DNA of 64,000 nt from contig CAYYYS010000013.1 of NCBI GenBank assembly GCA_964476155.1, forward strand, positions 910 through 64,909, in the 5' to 3' direction. Of the stretch, positions 9,450 to 18,748 are shown piece after piece. How positions within the stretch are numbered: the stretch's first letter is position 1; the number at the start of each line of letters is the position of its first letter. The DNA is from an uncultured Fibrobacteraceae bacterium (GTDB taxonomy: Bacteria; Krumholzibacteriota; Krumholzibacteriia; LZORAL124-64-63). A model generated the notes under the pieces. The model was not told the origin of the DNA. It saw only the letters and a list, made by a program, of their open reading frames with translations, and did no database searches. The position numbers and the translations under genes are program-made.

Positions 9450-10691
9450 ATGGCGCGGGCCAACGTCCTGCTGCTGATCACCGGCGGTATCGCCGCCTAC
9501 AAGTCCTGCCATTTGACCCGCCTGTTGACACGGGCGGGTTTTTCCGTGCGCGTGGCCATGACCCGCTCGGCGCAACGCTTCGTGGGACATGTCACTTTTC
9601 GCTCACTCAGTGGCCACGGTGTGGCCACCGACCTGTGGGGCGAGGGCGACACCGATCCTCTGGACCACGTGAACCTGGCCCGCTGGGCCGATGTGGCGGT
9701 CGTCGCGCCGGCGACGGCGAACCTGCTGGGCAAGACCGCCAACGGGATCGGTGATGATATCGTCACTACGCTCCTGCTGGCCTTCGAGCGTGACCTGGTC
9801 CTGGCGCCGGCGATGAACGACGGCATGTGGCGCAACCCCGCCGTCCAGGCCAATCTCCAGACTCTGCGCGACCGCGGCGCCCACGTGGTGGAGCCCGGCA
9901 GCGGTTGGCTCGCCTGCGGTATCGAGGCTGACGGGCGCATGGCCGAGCCCGAGGAAATCCTCGACCGCGTGATCGCGGTGGCCGGTGTGGCTCCGGCCGG
10001 CGAGGTTGCCGATCAGCCCCTATCCGGTAAGCGCGTCTTGGTGACCGCCGGTCCGACCCGTGAACCCCTCGATGCCATCCGTTACCTGAGCAACCGCTCG
10101 ACCGGCGCGATGGGTGTGGCCCTGGCCCGCCAGGCCGCCGCTCTCGGCGCCGACGTCACCTTGATTCACGGTCCGCTGTCGGTGCCCGGGCCCGTCGCGC
10201 TGGGCCGTCTGGTGCCCGTGGAAACCTCGGCCGAGATGGCCGCGGCCGTCGCCGAACATCTGCCCGAATCCGACGCGCTGTTCATGAGCGCCGCAGTCGC
10301 CGACTTCACGCCCGAGACGGTGAGCGAGGGCAAGCTCAAGAAGGAATCCCTCGGCACGTCGTGGAATGTGCCCATGACCCGCACGACCGATATCCTGGCC
10401 GAAGTGGTCGACCGCGAAATCCATCCCGACGTGACGGTGATCGGCTTCGCCCTGGAGACCGAGGATCTCCATGCTCGCGCCGCCAAGAAGCTGAGCGCCA
10501 AGGGCATGGATTTCATCGTGGCCAATGATCCGGTCGTTAACGGCACCTTCGGCGCTGGCGAACATCAGGTCACGCTCATCGGACCTGACGGCGTGGTCTG
10601 GCAGAGCGATCCCGCCGGCAAAGACGATCTGGCGCGCGAGCTCCTGTCCCGGCTCATTCCCCATATCAAGGGTGATGGGGGAGACGCATGA
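9450..10691 (+). CDS. coaBC: Bifunctional phosphopantothenoylcysteine decarboxylase/synthase
   Basis: TGGIAAYK, VVAPATAN, PAMN, TAGPTREPLD, SNRSTG, AAVADF, GFALET. Confidence 0.96.
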   Translation: MARANVLLLITGGIAAYKSCHLTRLLTRAGFSVRVAMTRSAQRFVGHVTFRSLSGHGVATDLWGEGDTDPLDHVNLARWADVAVVAPATANLLGKTANGIGDDIVTTLLLAFERDLVLAPAMNDGMWRNPAVQANLQTLRDRGAHVVEPGSGWLACGIEADGRMAEPEEILDRVIAVAGVAPAGEVADQPLSGKRVLVTAGPTREPLDAIRYLSNRSTGAMGVALARQAAALGADVTLIHGPLSVPGPVALGRLVPVETSAEMAAAVAEHLPESDALFMSAAVADFTPETVSEGKLKKESLGTSWNVPMTRTTDILAEVVDREIHPDVTVIGFALETEDLHARAAKKLSAKGMDFIVANDPVVNGTFGAGEHQVTLIGPDGVVWQSDPAGKDDLARELLSRLIPHIKGDGGDA

Positions 10692-11641
10692 GCGACGACA
10701 GCCTGGAGCGCATCGTCGGCGATCTGCGGACCTACGTGAAACAGCAACAAGAAACCGGCATGGAGTGGTATCTGGACGAGGGGCCGGTTGCCGACGCGAG
10801 TTCGGCGGTCGTTGCACCCGAAGCCCCGGTGTCCGAACCCGCCACGCCTGTTGCGACCGATGCGCCCATCGCCCCTAAAGCGGCAGAACCCGCCGCCCCC
10901 GCACCCACAGCCGATAAACCCCAGGACACGGAGTTCCAGATGGCCTGCGATACCTTCATCCGCGAGACGCTTGCCCAGATCCGGAAATATCAACAGCAGC
11001 CGGCGGAGCTCAACCAGCAGGATATTTTCACCGAGCCGGAAAAGGCGGTCGAACCGCTGACCCCCGAGGGCAAGGCGACCGAGCTCGCAACCCTCGCCGA
11101 ACAGATCGCCAACTGCGAAGCCTGCAAGCTCCACGCGACCCGCACCCAGACCGTCTTCGGCGTGGGCAGTTCCGACGCGAAACTGGTCTTCATCGGCGAA
11201 GCTCCCGGCCGCAACGAGGACGAGCAGGGAGAGCCCTTCGTGGGCCGCGCCGGCAAGCTGCTCAACGACATATTGAAGGCCATCGGATTCGCGCGGGACG
11301 ACATCTACATCTGCAACATCCTCAAGTGCCGTCCGCCGAAGAATCGCGATCCCGAGCGCGACGAGGTCGACGCTTGTGAACCCTTCCTGAAGCAGCAACT
11401 GGCGATTCTTGAGCCCAAGGTGATCTGCTGCCTCGGCCGCCACGCGGCGATGACCCTACTGGATACCCGTGACAGTCTGGGCAACCTGCGCAAGAAGGTG
11501 CACTTCTACGAGGGCATTCCCGTGATGGCCACCTACCACCCCGCCGCCCTGCTGCGCAACCCCCACTGGAAGCGCGATACCTGGGAAGACGTGCGCAAGC
11601 TGCGCGCGCTCCACGACGCACTCCTCGCCGACAAGCCATGA
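10688..11641 (+). CDS. Uracil-DNA glycosylase family 4 with Ala/Pro-rich N-terminal extension
   Basis: [41 protein letters not shown]. Confidence 0.93.
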   Translation: MSDDSLERIVGDLRTYVKQQQETGMEWYLDEGPVADASSAVVAPEAPVSEPATPVATDAPIAPKAAEPAAPAPTADKPQDTEFQMACDTFIRETLAQIRKYQQQPAELNQQDIFTEPEKAVEPLTPEGKATELATLAEQIANCEACKLHATRTQTVFGVGSSDAKLVFIGEAPGRNEDEQGEPFVGRAGKLLNDILKAIGFARDDIYICNILKCRPPKNRDPERDEVDACEPFLKQQLAILEPKVICCLGRHAAMTLLDTRDSLGNLRKKVHFYEGIPVMATYHPAALLRNPHWKRDTWEDVRKLRALHDALLADKP

Positions 11642-12300
11642 GCGACAAGCCCCTGCTGAGCTGCCGCGGTCTCGCCGTTTCGCCCGGCGAGGACGTGTTG
11701 CTTTCGGGGCTGGATCTGGATCTGCACGCGGGTGAACTGGTGGCTCTGCGCGGGCCTTCGGGCTGCGGCAAGACGTCGTTGTTGCGTGTGGTGTGCGGGC
11801 TGGACGATCCGGCGGCCGGTTCCATAACCCTCGACGGTCACGACGGTGATGAGATGGGATGGCCGTGTTTTCGTCGTGCGGTGTCGCTGGTGGCTCAGGA
11901 GCCTTTGTTACCGGCCGGCACGATCGGCGCTGCGCTGGCGCGGCCCTTCGCGTTTCGGTCCTGCAGCGCGTTAGCGTTCGATTCCGCCCGGGCTCATGCC
12001 ATGCTTTCCGAGTTCTTCAACGTCCCGCCTGCCTTCGACAAGAACGCCGGCGTCCTCTCGGTGGGAGAGCGGCAGCGCATAGCCCTGGCGCGGGCCCTGT
12101 TGCTCGATGTACGGGTTCTATTGCTGGACGAACCGACCAGCGCGCTGGACCCCGACGCGGCCCGGCGGGTCGAGATCGCCGTGCGCACTCGTGCCGAAAA
12201 AGGCCTGACGGCCCTTGTGGTTTCCCACGACCCGACCCAGGCCGAACGCTGGTGCGACCGCGTGGTCGACCTGGCCTCCTACGCGGGAGGCGCGGCTTGA
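11638..12300 (+). CDS. fetA: ABC transporter ATP-binding protein (FetA/YbbL-like)
   Basis: GPSGCGKT, LSVGERQR, LLLDEPTSALD, VSHD; paired with UPF0014 permease. Confidence 0.8.
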   Translation: MSDKPLLSCRGLAVSPGEDVLLSGLDLDLHAGELVALRGPSGCGKTSLLRVVCGLDDPAAGSITLDGHDGDEMGWPCFRRAVSLVAQEPLLPAGTIGAALARPFAFRSCSALAFDSARAHAMLSEFFNVPPAFDKNAGVLSVGERQRIALARALLLDVRVLLLDEPTSALDPDAARRVEIAVRTRAEKGLTALVVSHDPTQAERWCDRVVDLASYAGGAA

Positions 12301-13094
12301 CCGAGACCGCGCCCATCCTCTCCTGGCTCGACATGGTCGCCGCGGCGGGACTTTTGCTGTTGGCCGGCACGGTCAGCCTGATCCTGCGCCTCGGCCTTGA
12401 GAAGCGCCTGCTGGTTGCAGCCCTGCGCACCGTGGTGCAGCTGCTGGCGGTCGGCTACGTGCTGCGCTTCGTCTTCACAGGCGAGAAGGCGCTGATCGTG
12501 GCGGCCATGGCCGCGGTGATGGTGACGGCCGCCGGACATGCCGCCGTTCAGCGTTCGAGTCGCACTTTCGCAGGCGTGCATCTGATCGCGTTCCTGGCTC
12601 TGGTGCTCAGCGCCGGGGCGACGATCTGGCTGGTCACCGGTGTTGTGATCGGCGCGGAGCCCTGGTGGCGGCCGCGTCTGATGATCCCGTTGCTGGGCAT
12701 GATTCTGGGCAATGGGTTGACCGGTATTTCACTCTGCCTCGACACGCTGCTCGAACGTCTCGACGAGCGCCGCGCCGCCGTCGAAGCCGACCTAGCCTGT
12801 GGCGCCACCCGTTGGGAGGCTGCGCGCGAGCCGCTGCGCGAGGCGGTGCGCAAGGGTATGATTCCCATCCTGAATTCGATGACCGTGGCCGGACTGGTTT
12901 CGTTGCCCGGCATGATGACCGGGCAGATCCTTGCCGGCGCCGAACCGTTGCAGGCGGTACGGTATCAGATCGTGGTGATGTTCATGATTGCGGCAGCGAC
13001 ATCGTTGGGTGGGATACTGGTGGCGGTTATGGTTTATCGGCGGATGTTTAATGAGCGGCATCAGCTGCGGCGGAATCTGATTTGTAGGGACTAA
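12297..13094 (+). CDS. fetB: UPF0014/FetB (YbbM) ABC permease
   Basis: RTVVQLLAVGYVL, IPLLGMILGN, GLVSLPGMMTGQILAG, AVRYQIVVMF; TTG start overlaps upstream TGA. Confidence 0.88.
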   Translation: MTETAPILSWLDMVAAAGLLLLAGTVSLILRLGLEKRLLVAALRTVVQLLAVGYVLRFVFTGEKALIVAAMAAVMVTAAGHAAVQRSSRTFAGVHLIAFLALVLSAGATIWLVTGVVIGAEPWWRPRLMIPLLGMILGNGLTGISLCLDTLLERLDERRAAVEADLACGATRWEAAREPLREAVRKGMIPILNSMTVAGLVSLPGMMTGQILAGAEPLQAVRYQIVVMFMIAAATSLGGILVAVMVYRRMFNERHQLRRNLICRD

Positions 13095-13981
13095 CGCCGC
13101 TTCCGCACCGTAACCACCGGAAACTCGAACCGCTCGTCACACCCGGTGATGGGCGGCTCGAACACCGCCCCGTCCAGCCCCGCGTCACCCAACGCTGCGA
13201 CCAGATTCTCATCCTTCCACGCCTGATGACACTGCGCAAACCGCTCCGCCTCCCCGGTCCGCGCATCGATGATCCAGTACACGGTGATCTCCGCCTGGGA
13301 CGTTTCGTCCCAGTTGTGACGCTGCAGCCAGAAGTGGGGGCCGTCGCAGAGGGGGGACGCGGCGTGCAAATGCCAGTCGGTCGCGTTCTCGCGGACGAAA
13401 CCGTCGTAGGGCTGCACCTCCAACACAAACAACCCGCCGGGTTCGAGCACGCGCGCCAGGCGCTTCAGGAATTGCGCCGCCACATCCCGGCGGAACGAGT
13501 TGAACTCCCCGAACCAGAAGGTGATCGCGTCGACCTGGCCGAACTGAGCGAGGGTCTCGTCGTTCAGCTGTGTCAGGTCGGCGTGGTGAAACGTGCAGTC
13601 GAGACCATCGCGTTCGGCGACTTCCCGCGCGTGGCGTAACGGGGCCGGGGCAAAGTCGAAGCCGATAGCGGTATGCCCGCGTCGCGCCAATTCGTGACAG
13701 TACAGACCCGGTCCACAGCCCACGTCCAGTATCCGCAGTCCCTCGGTCTTCCCCAGGGCCGCCTGCAGCCGATCACATAGCCACGCCACATGGAGCCCGA
13801 CGACCTCCAGGGTCCGACTGGCCATGTGCGATCCCTGGTCCAGATGGATACCCAGCATGCGCTCACTGAAGTCGGCGTCGTGCCAGGGGATCTTGTTGCC
13901 GTCGCGCCAGGGGATGGGCGTGTCGGAATCCTCGTTGATGCGGGCCCAGGCCTGGGCGAGTTTTCCACAATCGGGGGACAT
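13091..13981 (-). CDS. Class I SAM-dependent methyltransferase
   Basis: ILDVGCGPG motif I, GFDFAP; GGAG upstream of ATG 13981. Confidence 0.85.
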   Translation of the reverse strand: MSPDCGKLAQAWARINEDSDTPIPWRDGNKIPWHDADFSERMLGIHLDQGSHMASRTLEVVGLHVAWLCDRLQAALGKTEGLRILDVGCGPGLYCHELARRGHTAIGFDFAPAPLRHAREVAERDGLDCTFHHADLTQLNDETLAQFGQVDAITFWFGEFNSFRRDVAAQFLKRLARVLEPGGLFVLEVQPYDGFVRENATDWHLHAASPLCDGPHFWLQRHNWDETSQAEITVYWIIDARTGEAERFAQCHQAWKDENLVAALGDAGLDGAVFEPPITGCDERFEFPVVTVRKRR

Positions 13982-14062
13982 GGGATCTCCACAGAGGGTT
14001 GATGGACGCATTTGCCTGTCACGACGGACGTTGCGTTGGATCATGCCTCAAGAGGGGGCGGT

Positions 14063-14127
14063 TTATCCATAACAATCCACAGGTTATGCACGGGTTTTAC
14101 AGGGGGTCGTCCACAGATTGATCCACA
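14063..14127 (+). promoter_or_regulatory. Cluster of five co-oriented degenerate DnaA boxes upstream of dnaB
   Basis: TTATCCATA 14063, CAATCCACA 14073, TTATGCACG 14084, TCGTCCACA 14107, TGATCCACA 14119. Confidence 0.6.
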
Positions 14128-14224
14128 GGAAAATCGGGAGACATGTCAAAGACGGTTTGCCTTTGGTCGCCTAGGGTGTGTTAGATTCGACGACTCGGCA
14201 AACCCGTCACGCCAGAAGCAAGGA

Positions 14225-15598
14225 ATGGACGCCTTGGAACCAGAACTCAGCCGCGCCCCCCATCCCGGGCAAAGCGTCCCCGGAAACCGTCTGCCGCCCC
14301 AGAACCAGGACGCCGAGCGTGCGATCCTGGGCGCCGTCATGCTCGACAAGGACGCGCTAGGCATGGCCATGGAGACCATCCAGGTCGAAGACTTCTATCG
14401 CCTGGAGCATCGGCTCGTTTTCCAGGTCATGTGCGAGCTGTACGAGACCGACCAGGCCATCGACGGCATCACCGTCGCCGAAGAACTCGAACGGCGCGCC
14501 CAGCTGCACAAGGCCGGCGGCAACGACTACCTGGCCGACATCCTGGCCGGCACCGCGACGGCCGCCAACGTCACCTACCACGCGCGCATCGTGCGCGACA
14601 AGTCGATCCTGCGCCGGCTGATCTCCGCCAGCAGCGAGATCGCGGGCGACGCCTTCGAGGGCGCCGACGACACCGACACCATCCTCGATACCGCCCAGAC
14701 CAAGATCTACCACATCGCCGAGAACCGGCAGACCCAGTCGTTCTTTTCGGTGAAGGACGTGGTGCCCGAAACCTTCCGCCGCATCGACGAGGCTTCGCGC
14801 CAGAAGGGCGACGTCACCGGCATCGCCACCGGCTTCCAGGAACTGGACCAGCGCACCGCCGGGCTACAGAACTCGGACCTGATCATCCTCGCCGCACGGC
14901 CCTCCATGGGCAAGACAGCCCTCGCTCTGAACATCGCCTACCATGCGGCGGTCAACGAGGGGACGCCGGTCGCCTTCTTCAGCCTGGAAATGGCCAAGGA
15001 GCAGCTGTGCATGCGTCTGATTTGCGCAAGCGGCGGTTTCAACAACCACGACCTGCGCCGCGGTAAGCTCAAGGCGGAGGACTGGCCCAAGCTCACCGAG
15101 GCCTGCAGCCGCCTGTCCGACGCGCCCATCTTCATCGACGATTCGAGTGGTATCTCGGTTCTCGAGATGAAGGCCAAGGCGCGGCGTCTGAAGCAGCAGC
15201 ACGATGTCGGCCTGATCATCATCGACTACATGCAGCTGATGACCAGCACCGCGCGGGCCGAGAACCGCCAGCAGGAAATCTCGGTGATCAGTCGCAACCT
15301 CAAGGGCATGGCCAAGGATCTCGACGTGCCGGTGATGGCCCTGAGCCAGCTTTCGCGCGCGGTGGAGAGCCGTGGCGATCACAAACCGCTGTTAAGTGAT
15401 CTGCGCGAATCGGGTTCGATCGAGCAGGACGCCGATGTAGTGCTTTTCCTGTTCCGCGAGGAATATTATAAGCCCGACGACGATACGGTCCGCAACCGGG
15501 CCACCATCAATATCGGCAAGCAGCGTAACGGGCCTATCGGGCAGTTTGATCTGCACTTCCACAAGGCTTATACGCGGTTCGGGAATTTGCAGCGCTAG
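14225..15598 (+). CDS. dnaB: Replicative DNA helicase
   Basis: PPQNQDAERAILG, AARPSMGKT, FSLEM, IIDYMQL, LSQLSR, SDLRESGSIEQDAD, KQRNGP. Confidence 0.98.
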   Translation: MDALEPELSRAPHPGQSVPGNRLPPQNQDAERAILGAVMLDKDALGMAMETIQVEDFYRLEHRLVFQVMCELYETDQAIDGITVAEELERRAQLHKAGGNDYLADILAGTATAANVTYHARIVRDKSILRRLISASSEIAGDAFEGADDTDTILDTAQTKIYHIAENRQTQSFFSVKDVVPETFRRIDEASRQKGDVTGIATGFQELDQRTAGLQNSDLIILAARPSMGKTALALNIAYHAAVNEGTPVAFFSLEMAKEQLCMRLICASGGFNNHDLRRGKLKAEDWPKLTEACSRLSDAPIFIDDSSGISVLEMKAKARRLKQQHDVGLIIIDYMQLMTSTARAENRQQEISVISRNLKGMAKDLDVPVMALSQLSRAVESRGDHKPLLSDLRESGSIEQDADVVLFLFREEYYKPDDDTVRNRATINIGKQRNGPIGQFDLHFHKAYTRFGNLQR

Positions 15599-15759
15599 TG
15601 CTCTGTCAACCTTTGATCTTGGGCTTGACGAGCCCACAAGCAGCCATCTGCTGCGTTGTACCCGCTTGAATTAGCTACGGCTAGTCCTGCGCTCGTACGC
15701 CTTGCATCTGACTACTTGTGAATTCGTCAAGCCCAAGATCAAAGGTTGACAAAGCACTA
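15596..15759. mobile_element. 164-bp TA-flanked hairpin element (MITE-like), copy 1
   Basis: TA + GTGCTCTGTCAA ... TTGACAAAGCAC + TA; long arm complementarity; 27-nt core identical to 36557-36583. Confidence 0.75.
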
Positions 15760-18288
15760 GATCGAAAACCAATAAGTAAACTTAGCCAACACCCGGTTCG
15801 CGGGTTCCTGCGAAAAGAGCAGCCCCGGGTCGAACTCGTTGGTGAACCCCGGATCGCCATCGCGGAAGTCGTATGAATCGCGGCCGTGGGTCCAGACCAG
15901 GAAGAGCGTCGAGCCCGACCTGTACTCCCAGCGATAGACCAGATTCAGGTTCACCGACGCGTAACTGAAGTCGGCGTCGCTCGGATCGAAGCCGCCCTCT
16001 GTGTACGACGTGAAGTCCCGACTGCCGGGACGCGTCAGTTCCCGCGCGTTGGCGTAGCTGCCCACCGTCAGGAACGGTTGCACGTAGAGTTCGAGCGATT
16101 GGTTGCGGCTGAACAGCAGGCTGCTGCGCAGGGTGCCCTGCCAGGTGCTTTGTTTCAACTCCGCGAAGACATACGCCACGTCGCCGATACCGCCGCCGAT
16201 ATGTTCGAAGTTGCCCAGCCATTGGGCATCGGAGAAGCCTTCCTCATATCCCACATAGACCTGGTGATGGACGCGATCACCCTGCTGCCAGGTCATCCCC
16301 GCTTCGTAGGACCGGTCCCACCAGCCGGAGGCGCCGCCGTCGTTATCGATCTGCAGGTGATAGCGGATGTCTTTGCGATAGTCGGTGCTCACGCCGATCC
16401 AGGTGGCGCGGTTTCGGGACGTCTCCAGGAGTGGTCCGCGGACGCCGTTATGTGAGCGCGTTTCGTAGGAGTTCAATCCCTCGCCATGGACCATGCAACC
16501 GGCGAATATGGTCCAGAACCCGCGGGTCTGCATCATACCGCTCAGGACACTACCCAGGGAGCGGGGGATTCCACTGCTATAGGACCACAAGACCCGGTCC
16601 GGATCGTTCGGGTCGGTTTGTGTGCGACCTGCGTAGAGCCAGCTGCGTCGCATGTAGAGTTGGGCGTGGCCCGATCGCCAGAAGGACGTTTCGTTTTCAG
16701 CATTGTGGGTGTAGGACACCTCGGCCTCGGCTTCGAGCTCGTCCGGCGCGAAGAGCAGGCCGATGTCGTTGGGATCGAGCTGGTCGTGTTCCCATGATCC
16801 TCCGGCCGAGGCGCGCCAGTCGCCGCCGGTCTTGGCGAACTCCAGGGAGCCGCCGGTGCCGCGCTTGTTGGTGGTGCGCGGTTCGGGGTCCAGGAAACCG
16901 GGATGGGGATCGACCAGCGTGTGCACGAAGGACCCGCGGACCTCGTAGTTGCGGTCGGCCAGGTCCCACTCGAAGTCGAGACCGCTGGTGAAGCCGTCGC
17001 GGCGGAAGCGGGTGGGCGTCATGACGAAACTGTCGGGATCGCGCAGCACGGCGGTCTGCATGAAGTTGAAGCGGGCGGTTCCGTCGGGGTTCTCCAGCCC
17101 GCCGCGAAAGATGGCGTAGAAGGCCTGGTCGTTGCCCGCCTCGAAGACGTTGTGGGCGCGGCCCGGCGTGGTGATGTCCGTAAACGCGATCAGGCCGGCG
17201 AGCGACAGGCCGCCGCCGGTCTTGCCGGTGAGCTTGCTCGCCAGGCGGATGCGCGCGTTCTCGTCGCCGGTGCCGATCCGGCGCGAATAGAACAGGTTGA
17301 AGTCCGGATGCTCGAAGTACCGCGCGCCCTCCACGAAGAAGGGGCGCTTTTCCTCGTAGTAGGTCTCGTAGGGGGTGAGGTTCAGTTGGGCGGGGTCGGC
17401 CTCCACCTGGCCGAAGTCGGGCTGGATGGTGGCGTTGAGGGTGATGTTGGCGGTCAGGCCGTACTTGATGTCCGCGCCCAGACTCTGGAAGTGCTGCACG
17501 TCGTCGTCGGGACCGGCGATGGCGGGATCGGTCAGGCTTTGCACCACGTAGGGCGTCACTTCGAGCTGGCGGGGGCTGCCCAGTCCCGACAGGCCGTTCA
17601 GGGTGCCGAAACGGCTGACGAAGCCGCTCAACTCGCGCTCGTAGCACACCCAGCCGGTGTCTTCGCCGCGGCCGTGTAGCCAGCGGTAGACCTGCAGGCC
17701 CCAGGTCTGTTCGTCGCCGGCGCGGAAGCGGATCGACGAGAAGGGGATGCGAAATTCGGCATACCAGCCGTGTGAGTCGGTGCTGGTCTCCACTTGCCAG
17801 ACGGCGTCCCAGTTCCAGTCGCGGCGACCGTCGTCGAACATGTAGGCGTCGGCGACCACGCCATGGAGGTTGGTGCGGAAGTTGTAACCGGTCGTGCGGT
17901 CATGGTAGGGGTCGATGTAGATGCTGATTATGTCGGAATTGTGGATGTCGTCCCGGCGCGACAGGGCACTCGAGACCAGGGACATGTCCGCTTCGGGACA
18001 GTCGACGCCGAAGTAGATGGCATCATCGTCGTACACGACCCTGAAGGTGGTCTGGACGCTGGGTTCGCCGCCGCGCTCGGGGTCGAACTGGCGAAAATCG
18101 CCGCCTTCCTGCGCGCCTTCCCAGGCGGAATCGTGAAGGTGACCGTCGACCCGGATCGACCCGTTGGGGACCCGCTCCGCGTAGATGTTGCGGTGGGGTG
18201 TGTAGATCGGCGCCGGCCCGTCGTCGGCGGTACCGAAGGTCGGGATGAGCAGGGCGACGAGGAGAAATGTCGCGGCGGCAGTGCGCAT
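15757..18288 (-). CDS. CBM9-like/DUF5916 outer-membrane protein
   Basis: Signal peptide; IRVDGHLHDSAW, AEFRIPFSSIRF, PDFGQVEAD, EEKRPFFVEG, LFYSRRIG; aromatic C-terminus FTYWFSI. Confidence 0.8.
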   Translation of the reverse strand: MRTAAATFLLVALLIPTFGTADDGPAPIYTPHRNIYAERVPNGSIRVDGHLHDSAWEGAQEGGDFRQFDPERGGEPSVQTTFRVVYDDDAIYFGVDCPEADMSLVSSALSRRDDIHNSDIISIYIDPYHDRTTGYNFRTNLHGVVADAYMFDDGRRDWNWDAVWQVETSTDSHGWYAEFRIPFSSIRFRAGDEQTWGLQVYRWLHGRGEDTGWVCYERELSGFVSRFGTLNGLSGLGSPRQLEVTPYVVQSLTDPAIAGPDDDVQHFQSLGADIKYGLTANITLNATIQPDFGQVEADPAQLNLTPYETYYEEKRPFFVEGARYFEHPDFNLFYSRRIGTGDENARIRLASKLTGKTGGGLSLAGLIAFTDITTPGRAHNVFEAGNDQAFYAIFRGGLENPDGTARFNFMQTAVLRDPDSFVMTPTRFRRDGFTSGLDFEWDLADRNYEVRGSFVHTLVDPHPGFLDPEPRTTNKRGTGGSLEFAKTGGDWRASAGGSWEHDQLDPNDIGLLFAPDELEAEAEVSYTHNAENETSFWRSGHAQLYMRRSWLYAGRTQTDPNDPDRVLWSYSSGIPRSLGSVLSGMMQTRGFWTIFAGCMVHGEGLNSYETRSHNGVRGPLLETSRNRATWIGVSTDYRKDIRYHLQIDNDGGASGWWDRSYEAGMTWQQGDRVHHQVYVGYEEGFSDAQWLGNFEHIGGGIGDVAYVFAELKQSTWQGTLRSSLLFSRNQSLELYVQPFLTVGSYANARELTRPGSRDFTSYTEGGFDPSDADFSYASVNLNLVYRWEYRSGSTLFLVWTHGRDSYDFRDGDPGFTNEFDPGLLFSQEPANRVLAKFTYWFSI

Positions 18289-18427
18289 GGGTTATGCTCC
18301 AGGTAGGCACAAGTGTCCGGGGGGCCGATATATAAACAGTCTGGATTATGGGTCCAGACCCTGATCGTGACAAGGCCGATCCCGTGATCGGTTGCGAAGC
18401 CTCTCAACACGGTTCAGCGAGGAAGAG

Positions 18428-18748
18428 ATGAGCTTGTCAGGTGTATCCAGGATAACGGGCGTGCCCATGATGCCCTTGCCCGATTACTACCTCTTTCCGG
18501 GGGCGCTCGTGCCTCTGCACATCTTCGAGCCGCGCTTTCGGCGGATGATCGCCGACCTGCTCGACACCGCCGGTCGTTTGGTCCTGGGCACCCTTCATGG
18601 GCAGGGCGCGCCGTCGGACTACGGTCCCCCGGTCTTTCCCATCGCCGGCCTCGGCGAAATCACCAGCCATCGCAAACTGGACGACGGGCGTTACCTGATC
18701 TGGCTGGACGACCTGCCCACCGAATCCGAAGCCGAGGCCGAAGCGTGA
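18428..18748 (+). CDS. LON peptidase substrate-binding-domain protein, apparently truncated
   Basis: MPLPDYYLFPGALVPLHIFEPRFRRMI; only 106 aa. Confidence 0.6.
   Translation: MSLSGVSRITGVPMMPLPDYYLFPGALVPLHIFEPRFRRMIADLLDTAGRLVLGTLHGQGAPSDYGPPVFPIAGLGEITSHRKLDDGRYLIWLDDLPTESEAEAEA

Noticed and set aside
10688-11060. N-terminal extension of the uracil-DNA glycosylase as a novel domain
   Set aside because: Low-complexity Ala/Pro linkers before family-4 UDG downstream of coaBC are common.
11859-12296. Upstream ORF-track extensions (also 14012, 26083, 37476, 53680, 59202, 60272, 62238)
   Set aside because: They overlap neighbouring genes or promoters; downstream starts with RBS, signal peptide or stop-start overlap fit better.
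14040-14224. Firm oriC call
   Set aside because: No dnaA, dnaN, rpmH or gidA nearby, no clear AT-rich unwinding element and no perfect box; kept only as a DnaA-box cluster.
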